From contig CADAWZ010000003.1 in assembly GCA_902791745.1 (NCBI GenBank), positions 1 through 45,758 on the forward strand: a stretch of DNA of 45,758 nt, written 5' to 3'. Source of the DNA: an uncultured bacterium. GTDB taxonomy: Bacteria; Vulcanimicrobiota; CADAWZ01. The notes under the pieces were generated by a model. That model had not been told where the DNA came from and ran no database searches. It worked only from the letters and a program-made list of their open reading frames with translations. How positions within the stretch are numbered: position 1 is the first letter of the stretch; every line of letters starts with the position of its first letter. A program made the translations under genes and the position numbers. This document shows, piece by piece, positions 1 through 9,007 of the stretch.

Positions 1-555
1 CAACTTTTCCATTTCTGCTTTTAGCTTTTCGACATATTCAACATCTTTAATCATTGTTATATTTATCTTGACATTTAGAAGGACGGATTTAATTGCTGTT
101 TTAAGCATATAATTTCCTGCTTCAAAATCTGAAAAACAAGATTTTTTACAATGCTGTTCAAATATTTTGGATAACTCAATAGCTTCATGACAAGTTTTGG
201 CAATTTCCATTGGAATATCTGAAGCAATTTTAAGTGATTCCTGAATTTTTTCACTTCGCAATAATTTTTCTTCTTCGGTCTCTTTTGACATTTTATATGC
301 TTTCATTACGAAATCATAAACTTTGGAATCTTCATCAGCAAGATTTGAAAGTTTATCTATAAGAGCCTCTCCCCTATTTTCAAAATCAAGAAGAATATTT
401 GGCTTTTCTGTTTTCTTGAAAGTAATTCTAAAAGCCATTAAAATTAATGCAATGCCCAATGTTGCACTTATTGCAGAAACTGCTCCTCCTCCAGGTGTAG
501 GGTCTGAAGATGAAGTTTTTTTGATAAAATCTTTTAGTGTTAAATCCGTAAACAT
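1..555 (-). CDS. Formimidoyltetrahydrofolate cyclodeaminase / methenyl-THF cyclohydrolase family protein (FTCD_C), 3' end outside the window
   Basis: Not in the ORF track (no stop in window). Manual translation from ATG at 555: MFTDLTLKDFIKKTSSSDPTPGGGAVSAISATLG...DEDSKVYDFVMKAYKM...NVKINI; PTPGGG and DED motifs are typical of the family. Confidence 0.88.
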   Translation of the reverse strand, partial: MFTDLTLKDFIKKTSSSDPTPGGGAVSAISATLGIALILMAFRITFKKTEKPNILLDFENRGEALIDKLSNLADEDSKVYDFVMKAYKMSKETEEEKLLRSEKIQESLKIASDIPMEIAKTCHEAIELSKIFEQHCKKSCFSDFEAGNYMLKTAIKSVLLNVKINITMIKDVEYVEKLKAEMEKL

Positions 556-611
556 GGTTTTACTTTTACAGCAATTTTCAAAAATACTGCCCTTTTCATT
601 TTTTCTAAATT

Positions 612-1655
612 TTATCCATAGATTTTTTTCATCTCATCAGATAAAATACTCGTCATTGAAAGAATCTTTTCTGCTGTTTTTTCACTAAGACTTCCTGTAC
701 CACAAGCAGGTGATATGAATGAAAAATCAGAAACTTTTCTTGTTTTACATATATTTTTTGCTTCATCCAAAAGTTCTGTTATTTTTGATTTTAATTCATC
801 TATACTTATTGATTCTATTTCTTCAGATGTTGGAACTGCTCCCCAAGCTATGGCTCCACCTTTTTCTAAGAATTTTGCCAATTTATCTTTGTATAACAAG
901 AGAGATTTTCCATAGTTGTATGAATCATAACTCAATATATCTGCAGGCGAATCAAGGATTATTGACCAATCTGTATTTCCGCAACAGTGAATAGCAATTT
1001 TTACATCAGGATATTCTGCTTTTATTTCATCTATAAATGAATATATAGTTTCTGCAACTTCATCACGATTTATTGACATAACACCAGATCCAATACTTGC
1101 CAAATATGGTTCATCTATAAAAAATATCACTTCTTTTTTTATTTTTTTCAAAAATCCGATTTGCCAAAGAGCTTTCATTTTTAGACCAGTTTTTATGATG
1201 TCTCTAAGATTGACATCAAACCAAGAAGCTCTTTTATTTTCATCTGTTACAGTGAGTGCAAAACTAAATGGACCAGTTGTATGACCTTTTACTGCTTTTG
1301 GATTGTTTGCAATTATTTTTTCTTTCAATTCAGCAAATTTATATAGACCTGCTGAAAATTTTTCTGTAATTTTGAAATTTTCGATGTCGTTTTCTTCGAC
1401 TTTTGAGTAAAAATCGAGAAGTTCTTCAGGTTCATTTTCAGGATTTGAAAAGAATATTTTTTTATCATCAATATTTATATTTACAAAAGGAAGACCTTCT
1501 GAATATTGGACATACATACTCTCATAAAATGTTCTATTTGGAAGCTGTACCCACATTGGATAATCTTTTAAATCGTCGAGTACAAGATTGGCTATGTAAT
1601 CAATATCTTTATGTGGAAAACTGCCTATAAGTAGTGGACTAAAATTAGCGTTCAT
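612..1655 (-). CDS. Core (catalytic-domain-only) cobalamin-independent methionine synthase-like protein, MesB-like
   Basis: About 347 aa; IGSFPH, WVQLP, KGHTTGP, IDEP, zinc-ligand HCCG and SPACG motifs. Start moved to ATG 1655, which has an AGGAG RBS. Confidence 0.8.
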   Translation of the reverse strand: MNANFSPLLIGSFPHKDIDYIANLVLDDLKDYPMWVQLPNRTFYESMYVQYSEGLPFVNINIDDKKIFFSNPENEPEELLDFYSKVEENDIENFKITEKFSAGLYKFAELKEKIIANNPKAVKGHTTGPFSFALTVTDENKRASWFDVNLRDIIKTGLKMKALWQIGFLKKIKKEVIFFIDEPYLASIGSGVMSINRDEVAETIYSFIDEIKAEYPDVKIAIHCCGNTDWSIILDSPADILSYDSYNYGKSLLLYKDKLAKFLEKGGAIAWGAVPTSEEIESISIDELKSKITELLDEAKNICKTRKVSDFSFISPACGTGSLSEKTAEKILSMTSILSDEMKKIYG

Positions 1656-1678
1656 TTTTTCTCCTAAAAATAAATTAT

Positions 1679-1715
1679 AAAAAAAAGTGGTCATGAAACA
1701 TTTTTCACAACCACT
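1679..1715 (-). terminator. Intrinsic terminator after the SCIFF gene
   Basis: Minus strand AGTGGTTGTGAAA-aatg-TTTCATGACCACT followed by a T run. Confidence 0.75.
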
Positions 1716-1731
1716 CAATCAATCCATAAAA

Positions 1732-1902
1732 TTATCTTCTTTTTTCACATGGTACATTGCCTACTGTGCATGATGTCTTGCATGCAGACTGACAAGATGT
1801 TGCACAATTAGCACATTCTTTTGAAAACTCTTCTTTTTTCCATGGTGCTGAAATCTGAGTAGCAAACTCAAATTTTTCTTCTTTTTTTGTTGTGTTTTGC
1901 AT
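1732..1902 (-). CDS. scfA: Six-cysteine ranthipeptide precursor (SCIFF), 56 aa
   Basis: Not in the ORF track. Manual translation MQNTTKKEEKFEFATQISAPWKKEEFSKECANCATSCQSACKTSCTVGNVPCEKRR*; SCIFF core CxxCxxSCQSACKTSCTVGNxxC; AGGAG RBS upstream. Confidence 0.92.
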   Translation of the reverse strand: MQNTTKKEEKFEFATQISAPWKKEEFSKECANCATSCQSACKTSCTVGNVPCEKRR

Positions 1903-1932
1903 TGAAAAATTCTCCTAAATATATACAAAAAT

Positions 1933-2229
1933 TTAGCCGAGTGAAGAACCTTCTTTATCTGGGAAATCACAGTCTTCACATTCATTAAAACTTGCAAGAG
2001 GTCTTGCCTTATAAGTATGAGTACAGTTTATAAAAATCTTAGCTCCATCTTCAAGATTAAAACCAAAATCGACATGAGGACAAAATCTATCTGGAACATT
2101 ATCCAAACAAAACTCATATAAATCATCATACATACTTGGATGAGCATGTTGGAAATAGTGTTTTTCACATTGGAAAATTCCAAGTAAAGATTGTCTATAA
2201 ACACAAGGTCTATAATTATTAGCAGGCAT
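1933..2229 (-). CDS. Small Cys/His-rich hypothetical protein (98 aa, 7 Cys)
   Basis: ATG 2229 with GGAGG RBS; ends ...ECEDCDFPDKEGSSLG; 30 bp upstream of the SCIFF start, same strand. Confidence 0.7.
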   Translation of the reverse strand: MPANNYRPCVYRQSLLGIFQCEKHYFQHAHPSMYDDLYEFCLDNVPDRFCPHVDFGFNLEDGAKIFINCTHTYKARPLASFNECEDCDFPDKEGSSLG

Positions 2230-2376
2230 AGCAAATCCCTCCAAAACTATCTGTATATCCCAAAAATTTAATTTCTACAGCTTCTTTTGAAAAACCGAGA
2301 AAGAAATATCACTTAAATTTATTTTTTATTCACAATTATTTTATAATACTTCTTTTATAAATAATTTTCCTTTTAA

Positions 2377-2919
2377 TTAAAAAATATTATTTGAAAAATC
2401 GGACTGAAAAATAAAAGGAACATTTCTAAAATTCCCATTTATATCAAGTCCATAGCCAGCAAGTCCAGTTTCTAAAGAGATCAAACCAGCATAATCAATA
2501 GGAACATCAACAAGTCTTAAACTTCTCGAATCAACCAAAACACAAGTTTTTATCCTTGCAGGTTTAAAAGATTTGACATGCCTAATTGCAAAATCCAGTG
2601 TCAATCCAGTTTCAACTATTGTATCTACTAAAAGAACCGATCTATTTTCAATAGAATCTGATATATCTTTAATAACTTTTACAGAAGAACTAAAATTATC
2701 AGGTGTTCCATAAGATGAAATTGAAATAAAATCTGTAACAACAGACCTTTTTAATTCTCTAACTAAATCTGATACAAAAAAAACAGAAGAACTTAAAAGA
2801 CCAATAATAAAAATATCAGAATTTTTAAAATCCTCTGAAATTTTAGTTGCAAGTTCTCTAACACAAATTTTTATTATCTCCGAAGAATAAAGCGGAACTA
2901 TTTCTCTATTTTCAATCAT
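2377..2919 (-). CDS. hpt: Hypoxanthine phosphoribosyltransferase family protein with divergent active-site motifs
   Basis: DFISISSYG loop, PRPP-loop-like VLLVDTIVETGLTL, GYGLD motif. Confidence 0.75.
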   Translation of the reverse strand: MIENREIVPLYSSEIIKICVRELATKISEDFKNSDIFIIGLLSSSVFFVSDLVRELKRSVVTDFISISSYGTPDNFSSSVKVIKDISDSIENRSVLLVDTIVETGLTLDFAIRHVKSFKPARIKTCVLVDSRSLRLVDVPIDYAGLISLETGLAGYGLDINGNFRNVPFIFQSDFSNNIF

Positions 2920-3934
2920 TTTTACTATCTTCTATTTTTTCTAAATTTTCTTTTTCTGGCTCTTTTGATTCTTTTACATTATCTTCAGATTGATCATGAG
3001 CCACAGGATTATTTTTTTCAGAAATATTTAGAACAACACTACCATCTGAAATTAAAACACCAACATCATTATATGTTACAAATTCAGGAATAATTCGCCT
3101 CAAATTTACCAAACAATAACTTTTATAAGTTTTTACAAAATCATAAGTCAAATTATTTTTTATTGCTTCCATAATTATATTTTGAATAATAAATTCAGGA
3201 ACATTTAATGATTTCATCAAATGAATTTTTTCTATTTCAACTTTTACTAAACTTTTCTTTGAGTCAACAGAAAATTCTACACTAAATGGAATAGTAAAAA
3301 TACTTTTCTTAAAATCACCTTTAAGTATAATTCTACCTGAAGATAAAATAACTTTTATGTTAAAAACACCTTTACTCTCCATATCATGTTTCAAAGATTT
3401 AATCAAATTGTCAATCAATTTTTGCAAAATTCCAATAGTTACTTCTTTTAAATAGATGGAAGAAATAGATAATCCACCTTTTTCAGTTCTTTTTAAAAAT
3501 AATCTAAGAGAAATATCATTTACAGATATTTCAAAATTTTCTGTATTCTTAAGATCTATAGCTTCTATCTCTGAATCAATTATAAGTTCATCAGAATCAT
3601 TTGCAAAAATAAAATCAGCATTTTTTATTTTTATATTTTCAATATATTGTGAAATATTAGCTATAGTTTGGTTTTTCTTTATCAAAGCTGATACAGAAAA
3701 ATTTAAATTTATTCTATCCTCTTCTCCTTCATCTTGTATATCTATAAAAGTAAAATCAGCATTTGTAAATTTTACACTTTTAATCAAAGTTAAAAAATTA
3801 GCTATTTTTTCGTCTTTTTTTACCAAACCTACAAGAGAAAGATTTAAATCTATTCCTTCTTTATCTTCATAATCTTGCAAATCAATATCTGCATTTGGAA
3901 TAACAATTCCATCAATTAAAGATATAAAATCCAT
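2912..3934 (-). CDS. Hypothetical protein with N-terminal internal repeats
   Basis: 340-aa ORF overlapping the hpt start; about 47-aa repeats each ending in NAD(F/I). Confidence 0.8.
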   Translation of the reverse strand: MDFISLIDGIVIPNADIDLQDYEDKEGIDLNLSLVGLVKKDEKIANFLTLIKSVKFTNADFTFIDIQDEGEEDRINLNFSVSALIKKNQTIANISQYIENIKIKNADFIFANDSDELIIDSEIEAIDLKNTENFEISVNDISLRLFLKRTEKGGLSISSIYLKEVTIGILQKLIDNLIKSLKHDMESKGVFNIKVILSSGRIILKGDFKKSIFTIPFSVEFSVDSKKSLVKVEIEKIHLMKSLNVPEFIIQNIIMEAIKNNLTYDFVKTYKSYCLVNLRRIIPEFVTYNDVGVLISDGSVVLNISEKNNPVAHDQSEDNVKESKEPEKENLEKIEDSKND

Positions 3935-4135
3935 TGATATAAAATCCTCGAAAAAAAAATATTTTCCTAAAGTTTTTTCTTTTTTATTTATATTCTTTCC
4001 TTTTTGTCAAAAATTATTATACAAAAAAAAAAATCAAAAGTAAAATTTTAAATTTTTGAAATTATAATAAATTTAATTTATTTTACTTAAAAATTTGGTT
4101 AAAAAAATTTTAACATTCATGAAGGAAAAAATATA

Positions 4136-4164
4136 TTGACAAGATAAAATTAAAAGAGTAATAT
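4136..4164 (+). promoter_or_regulatory. Putative sigma70/sigmaA promoter of the dcw cluster
   Basis: TTGACA (4136-4141), 17-bp spacer, TAATAT (4159-4164). Confidence 0.6.
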
Positions 4165-4232
4165 TTAAAAAGAAAATATAATTTTTGATTAGAATATATT
4201 TTCGAATAGCCCAGATTTCTTAGTTTCTTATT

Positions 4233-5189
4233 ATGAATGTAACTATTAAAAATGATAATTACCATATTCCAGTGATGTTGAAAGAAACAGTCAATTTTCT
4301 TGAACCGTGGCGAGGTGGAAATTACATTGATTGCACCTTAGGAGGTGGCGGTCATTCAGAAGAAATTCTTTTGACCATGAATGGTCAAGGAAATTTAATT
4401 GGAATAGATAGAGACTCAGAAGCTATCGAAAGAGCTTCAAAAAAATTGGGCAATTTTCAAAATTTCCAAGCTGTAAAGGGAGCATTTGGAGATATTGAAA
4501 ACATTATAAATTCTCTTGATATAAAAAATATCAATGGCTGTATCTTTGATTTAGGTGTTTCATCCCATCAACTTGATGAAGCTCAAAGAGGTTTCAGTTT
4601 TAGATTAGAATCTGATCTTGATATGAGAATGGATCATGATCAAAATTTAACAGCTTATGATATAATTAATAAATATACTGAACAAGAATTAAGTAAAATT
4701 TTTTGGGAATACGGAGAAGAAAGAAAATCAAGAAAAGTTGCCTATGAAATAGTAAAAGAGAGAAAAAAGACTCCAATAAAAACAACATTGCAACTTGCTT
4801 CAATAATAGAAAAATGTATTCCTATAAATAAAAATTCTAAGCATTATATACATCCAGCAACTCGAACTTTTATGGCTCTTAGGATTGCTGTAAATAATGA
4901 GTTATTACAACTTTCAACAGGTTTAGAAGGAATTTTGAGAAAAATAAATGTAGGTGGAGTTGTTGTTGTTATATCTTATCATTCGTTGGAAGATAGAATT
5001 GTAAAAAATATATTTAGAAATCTATCTACCGACCCTGATATAAGAGAACAATATAAAAAAGATGATATTCTGAGTAAGAGATTGGTTAAAAGACTGACAA
5101 AAAAAGTTCTTATACCTTCAGAAGAAGAACAAGCAAAAAATCCTCGTGCCCGTTCGGCAAAAATGAGGGTAATTTCTGTCATATCTTAA
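4233..5189 (+). CDS. rsmH: 16S rRNA m4C1402 methyltransferase RsmH (MraW)
   Basis: HIPVML, DCTLGGGGHS, DLGVSSHQLD, RGFSF, HPATRTF, SYHSLEDRIVK, NPRARSAKMR. Confidence 0.97.
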   Translation: MNVTIKNDNYHIPVMLKETVNFLEPWRGGNYIDCTLGGGGHSEEILLTMNGQGNLIGIDRDSEAIERASKKLGNFQNFQAVKGAFGDIENIINSLDIKNINGCIFDLGVSSHQLDEAQRGFSFRLESDLDMRMDHDQNLTAYDIINKYTEQELSKIFWEYGEERKSRKVAYEIVKERKKTPIKTTLQLASIIEKCIPINKNSKHYIHPATRTFMALRIAVNNELLQLSTGLEGILRKINVGGVVVVISYHSLEDRIVKNIFRNLSTDPDIREQYKKDDILSKRLVKRLTKKVLIPSEEEQAKNPRARSAKMRVISVIS

Positions 5190-5259
5190 ATAATTAATTT
5201 TCCGCAGTCAAAGAATATAATAATATTAAAGAAATCAGAGAATTTGGAGGGTCTGTTTC

Positions 5260-5697
5260 TTGAAGCTCATTGAAATACTAAAAGACAGAAATAATATTAA
5301 TAAAAAGCCCCTATTTAGGCCAGCCGCTTATAGACCAGAAAAGGTTACAAAAATATCTACAGAAGCGGTTATTCTTACATCATTTACAATTTTATTGGTT
5401 ACATTGATGTCAATTTGTTATGTCGGCATTTGTGCCCAAAATGTAAAATCACAATATACTCTCTCAAGACTTAAAGAGAAAAAAATTGCTCTTGAAAAAA
5501 CAAGACTTAATTTAAAACTTGAAGTCAGTAGATTAAACTCACTTGAAAGAATAGAAACTATTGCAAGAAGAGAGTTAGGTATGGCACACCCTCCAAACCG
5601 ACTAATAATCGACATGAGAAATCCTTCTGTTTTGAGAGCATCAATAGAAGATGTTGTTGCCATCGAATCATATGATGAAGAATTGACTTCTGACTAA
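5260..5697 (+). CDS. ftsL: Cell division protein FtsL
   Basis: One TM helix then a coiled coil ending SLERIETIARRELGM; located between rsmH and the PBP; TTG start with GGAGG RBS. Confidence 0.85.
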   Translation: MKLIEILKDRNNINKKPLFRPAAYRPEKVTKISTEAVILTSFTILLVTLMSICYVGICAQNVKSQYTLSRLKEKKIALEKTRLNLKLEVSRLNSLERIETIARRELGMAHPPNRLIIDMRNPSVLRASIEDVVAIESYDEELTSD

Positions 5698-5722
5698 TTT
5701 TTATTTTGCATATTAATTTTGG

Positions 5723-5758
5723 GCTATCCATGGATAAAATTCAAATCCTTTGGATAGC
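5723..5758 (+). other. Intergenic stem-loop between ftsL and ftsI
   Basis: GCTATCCA...TGGATAGC outer stem with inner GGAT/ATCC; only a weak T-rich tail. Confidence 0.45.
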
Positions 5759-5785
5759 TTATTTATATTAAAAAGGAATTTTTAA

Positions 5786-7534
5786 ATGGTAGGTTGGAAA
5801 AAACAAGTAAGAGATAGACTTATTTATGTATTCTATTTTGTGGCACTTTTGTTTCTTGTATTATGTTATAGACTTGTAGATATTCAAATTTTCCAACATG
5901 ATTTATATAAAGCAAAAGCAGAAGACCAACACAAGGGAACTGTAACAATTCCTGCTCTTCGCGGTTCAATAATGGACAGAAAATATGTCGTCTTGGCAAA
6001 TAGTTTAGCCCTCACATCAATAACTGCAGATCCAACAATGGTAAAAGATAGACACAAAACTGCTGTATTATTATCTCAAATTTTGGGAGAATCAGAAGAA
6101 GTTTTAGAAAGCAAATTGAGTGCTGCTACAAGATTTGTTTGGATCGCTCGAAAACTTGATGATGAAAAAGTAGAAAAAATAATGAAGCTTGAACTTCCTG
6201 GAATATATACAATGAAAGAGACTACAGGAAAGCGTTTTTATCCCAAAGGAGAATTAGCTTCACATATTTTAGGCTGTACAGGTATAGACGATCAAGGACT
6301 TGATGGAATAGAAGCCGTTATGGATAACTATCTAAAGGGAAAACCTGGTGAGATGACAGCAGAAATGGATATAAGAGGAAGACTTATACCAGGAGGAGCT
6401 TCTTCCATAATTGCAGCTTCAAGTGGCTATAATGTTGTTTTAACTATTGATGAAAGTATACAATATATTGTTGAAACTGCCCTTGAAAAAGCAGTAAAAG
6501 CCTATGGAGCCGACACAGGCTCTGTTTTAGTAATGGACGCAAAAACAGGAGAAATTCTTGCCCTTGCAAACAAACCAGATTACAAATCAAAAGATCCAAA
6601 ATCACCTGACTATATGCAACTTACAAGAAATAGTATTGTAACAGATGCATATGAACCTGGTTCAACATTCAAAGTCGTTTTAGCTGCAGCTGCTTTGGAC
6701 AGTGGAAAAGTTGGAATGAACGACCAAATACAATGTGGAGATACAATACAGGCTGGTGGTTGGACACTTCACAATGCTAATGATGGTTTTGGTGGAAATG
6801 CAACAGAAACAATAACAGACATCATAGCATTCTCATTTAATACGGGATCAGTTGCTATGGGACTGAGAATGGGGTCAAAAATTTTTTATGACTATATAGT
6901 AAAATTTGGCTTTGGAGATATAACAGGAATAGAATTACCTGGTGAAACTGAGGGAATTTTACCTCCGCTTAAAGATTGGTCTGAAATCAACTTAGCAACC
7001 ATCTCTTTTGGTCAAGGAATAGCAGTTACACCACTGCAAATTGTCTCTGCTGTTCAAGGCTCTATCAATAATGGAGAACAAATGCAACCTCGAATAATAA
7101 GACAAATACTCGACTCTGAAGGAAACATTGTCAAAGACTTTAGACCAGAAGTAAAATCAAGACCAATAAGCAAAGAAACATCATATAAAATAAATATGAT
7201 CCTAAGAAATGTTGTTGAAAATGGAACAGGAAAGAAAGCTCGCATACCAGGTTATTTAGTCGGTGGAAAATCTGGAACAGCAAATGTTGTTGAAAATGGA
7301 ATGTATGCAAAAGGTAAATATATAGCTTCATTTGTAGGGTTTGCACCTGCAGAAGATCCAAAATTTGTCATGCTTGTAAAAATTAAAAATCCCAAAGGTA
7401 CAATTTGGGGAGGTACTGTCTCAGGTCCTATTTTTTCAGAAATTGGAAGAGAAATTCTTTGGAGATTGGGCATTCCACCAAGTTTTCCAAATGAAATAAA
7501 TCAAATGGGAGCAGACCCCAGTAAAAATAATTAA
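5786..7534 (+). CDS. ftsI: Class B penicillin-binding protein (FtsI/SpoVD type), no PASTA domain evident
   Basis: N-terminal TM, RGSIMDR, RFYPKG, SxxK (EPGSTFK), SxN (SFN), KSG triad. Confidence 0.93.
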   Translation: MVGWKKQVRDRLIYVFYFVALLFLVLCYRLVDIQIFQHDLYKAKAEDQHKGTVTIPALRGSIMDRKYVVLANSLALTSITADPTMVKDRHKTAVLLSQILGESEEVLESKLSAATRFVWIARKLDDEKVEKIMKLELPGIYTMKETTGKRFYPKGELASHILGCTGIDDQGLDGIEAVMDNYLKGKPGEMTAEMDIRGRLIPGGASSIIAASSGYNVVLTIDESIQYIVETALEKAVKAYGADTGSVLVMDAKTGEILALANKPDYKSKDPKSPDYMQLTRNSIVTDAYEPGSTFKVVLAAAALDSGKVGMNDQIQCGDTIQAGGWTLHNANDGFGGNATETITDIIAFSFNTGSVAMGLRMGSKIFYDYIVKFGFGDITGIELPGETEGILPPLKDWSEINLATISFGQGIAVTPLQIVSAVQGSINNGEQMQPRIIRQILDSEGNIVKDFRPEVKSRPISKETSYKINMILRNVVENGTGKKARIPGYLVGGKSGTANVVENGMYAKGKYIASFVGFAPAEDPKFVMLVKIKNPKGTIWGGTVSGPIFSEIGREILWRLGIPPSFPNEINQMGADPSKNN

Positions 7535-7548
7535 ATAGTGGTAAGATC

Positions 7549-8997
7549 ATGAAAATAAAAGAAATAGTAAAAAATATAAATTGTTCAATAGTACATATTG
7601 ATGAAAAGACAGAAATTGATAATGTTACATGTGATTCAAGAGAAGCAAACGAAAAATCTTTGTTTTTCTGTATAAAAGGCTTCAAAACAGATGGTCATAA
7701 CTTTATTAAAGATGTACTGCAAAAAGGATGTAAATCTTTTTGCATATCTGAAAACATAGAATTTGAAAATGGAATAAATGTAATAAAAACAAATGATCCA
7801 CGAAAAGCATATGCAGAAGCCTCTATTGCATTTTATGATCACCCTGCAGAAAAAATGAGAATTATAGGTGTAACAGGCACAAATGGCAAAACAACATCTA
7901 CATTTATGATTAGTCATATATTGAACTCTCTACAAAATCCTACAGGACTAATGGGAACACTATACACAAAATTCGCAGACAAACAAATAACATCATCAGT
8001 AACAACTCCTGATGCAAAAACACTTCAACACAATCTTTCAGAAATGGTAAAAGCAGGCATAAAAAATGCTGTTTTTGAAGTTTCATCTCATGCTCTTAGT
8101 TTAGATAGAGTACATGGAATCAAATTTGATGTCGCTGTTTTTACAAATTTGACAAGAGACCATCTTGATTTCCACAAAAATTTTGATGAATATTTTGAGG
8201 CAAAATTAAAATTATTCCAAAATCTAAAAAAAGAAACTGGAATAGCTATTATAAATACAGATGATGAATATGGAATAAAAATCCCGAACTTGATAGATTC
8301 AAAATGCATTACATATGGAATCAAAAGTGGAGACATAAGGGCTTTTGATCCTAAAGTTGGACAAAAAGGTATTTCATATACACTTATAAGTGGAAATAAA
8401 AAAATACAAGTAAATCTTCAAATATCTGGATTTTTCAATGTATATAATTCCCTCGCTTCTATATGTGCATGTAAAGCTCTTGGAATAAGTGAAGAAGAAT
8501 CCTGCAAGGCTCTTGAATCTTTTACAGGTGTAAAAGGTCGTTTTGAACTTGTAAAAACAAAAAAAGATTTTGTAGCAATAGTTGATTATGCACATACTCC
8601 TGACGGCTTAGAAAATGTATTAAAAACAGCTAAAGCAATAAGTCATAACAAAGTAATTGCTGTTTTTGGCTGTGGTGGAGATAGAGATAAGACAAAAAGA
8701 CCAATAATGGGAAAAATAGCCTCTGATCTGTCAGATATAACAATAATAACATCTGACAACCCAAGAACAGAAAATCCAGATTCAATAATAGAAGATATAG
8801 AAAAAGGAGTTCCTGAAGGCAAAAAATATCACAAAGAAGTTGATAGAGAAAAAGCAATTAAATTGGCAACAGAAATGGCAACTTCTGGTGATGTAATTGT
8901 AGTAGCTGGAAAAGGGCATGAAAATTATCAAATATTTAAGGATAAAACTATCCATTTTGATGATACTGAAGTTTTGAATAAATATTTGATGGGATAA
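7549..8997 (+). CDS. murE: UDP-MurNAc-L-Ala-D-Glu--meso-diaminopimelate ligase
   Basis: GVTGTNGKTT, TTPD, EVSSH, NLTRDHLDFH, DYAHTPD, AGKGHE; DNPR motif indicates meso-DAP. Confidence 0.97.
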   Translation: MKIKEIVKNINCSIVHIDEKTEIDNVTCDSREANEKSLFFCIKGFKTDGHNFIKDVLQKGCKSFCISENIEFENGINVIKTNDPRKAYAEASIAFYDHPAEKMRIIGVTGTNGKTTSTFMISHILNSLQNPTGLMGTLYTKFADKQITSSVTTPDAKTLQHNLSEMVKAGIKNAVFEVSSHALSLDRVHGIKFDVAVFTNLTRDHLDFHKNFDEYFEAKLKLFQNLKKETGIAIINTDDEYGIKIPNLIDSKCITYGIKSGDIRAFDPKVGQKGISYTLISGNKKIQVNLQISGFFNVYNSLASICACKALGISEEESCKALESFTGVKGRFELVKTKKDFVAIVDYAHTPDGLENVLKTAKAISHNKVIAVFGCGGDRDKTKRPIMGKIASDLSDITIITSDNPRTENPDSIIEDIEKGVPEGKKYHKEVDREKAIKLATEMATSGDVIVVAGKGHENYQIFKDKTIHFDDTEVLNKYLMG

Positions 8998-9007
8998 CCA
9001 GAAATTC

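Noticed and set aside
323-688. 121-aa plus-strand ORF
   Set aside because: Antisense shadow of the cyclodeaminase/cyclohydrolase gene.
1656-1718. Longer track starts for several genes (1718, 2244, 9241, 21841, 27119, 27541, 36609)
   Set aside because: Downstream starts have better RBS spacing or family-typical N-termini; the extensions run into terminators, RBSs or upstream genes.
1761-1997. 78-aa minus-strand ORF from the track
   Set aside because: It is a different frame overlapping the real SCIFF ORF (1732-1902) and the Cys-rich gene, with no RBS or recognisable motif.
3981-4010. Minus-strand TTGACA as promoter for the 3934 gene
   Set aside because: No convincing -10 at 16-18 bp spacing, so it was not annotated.
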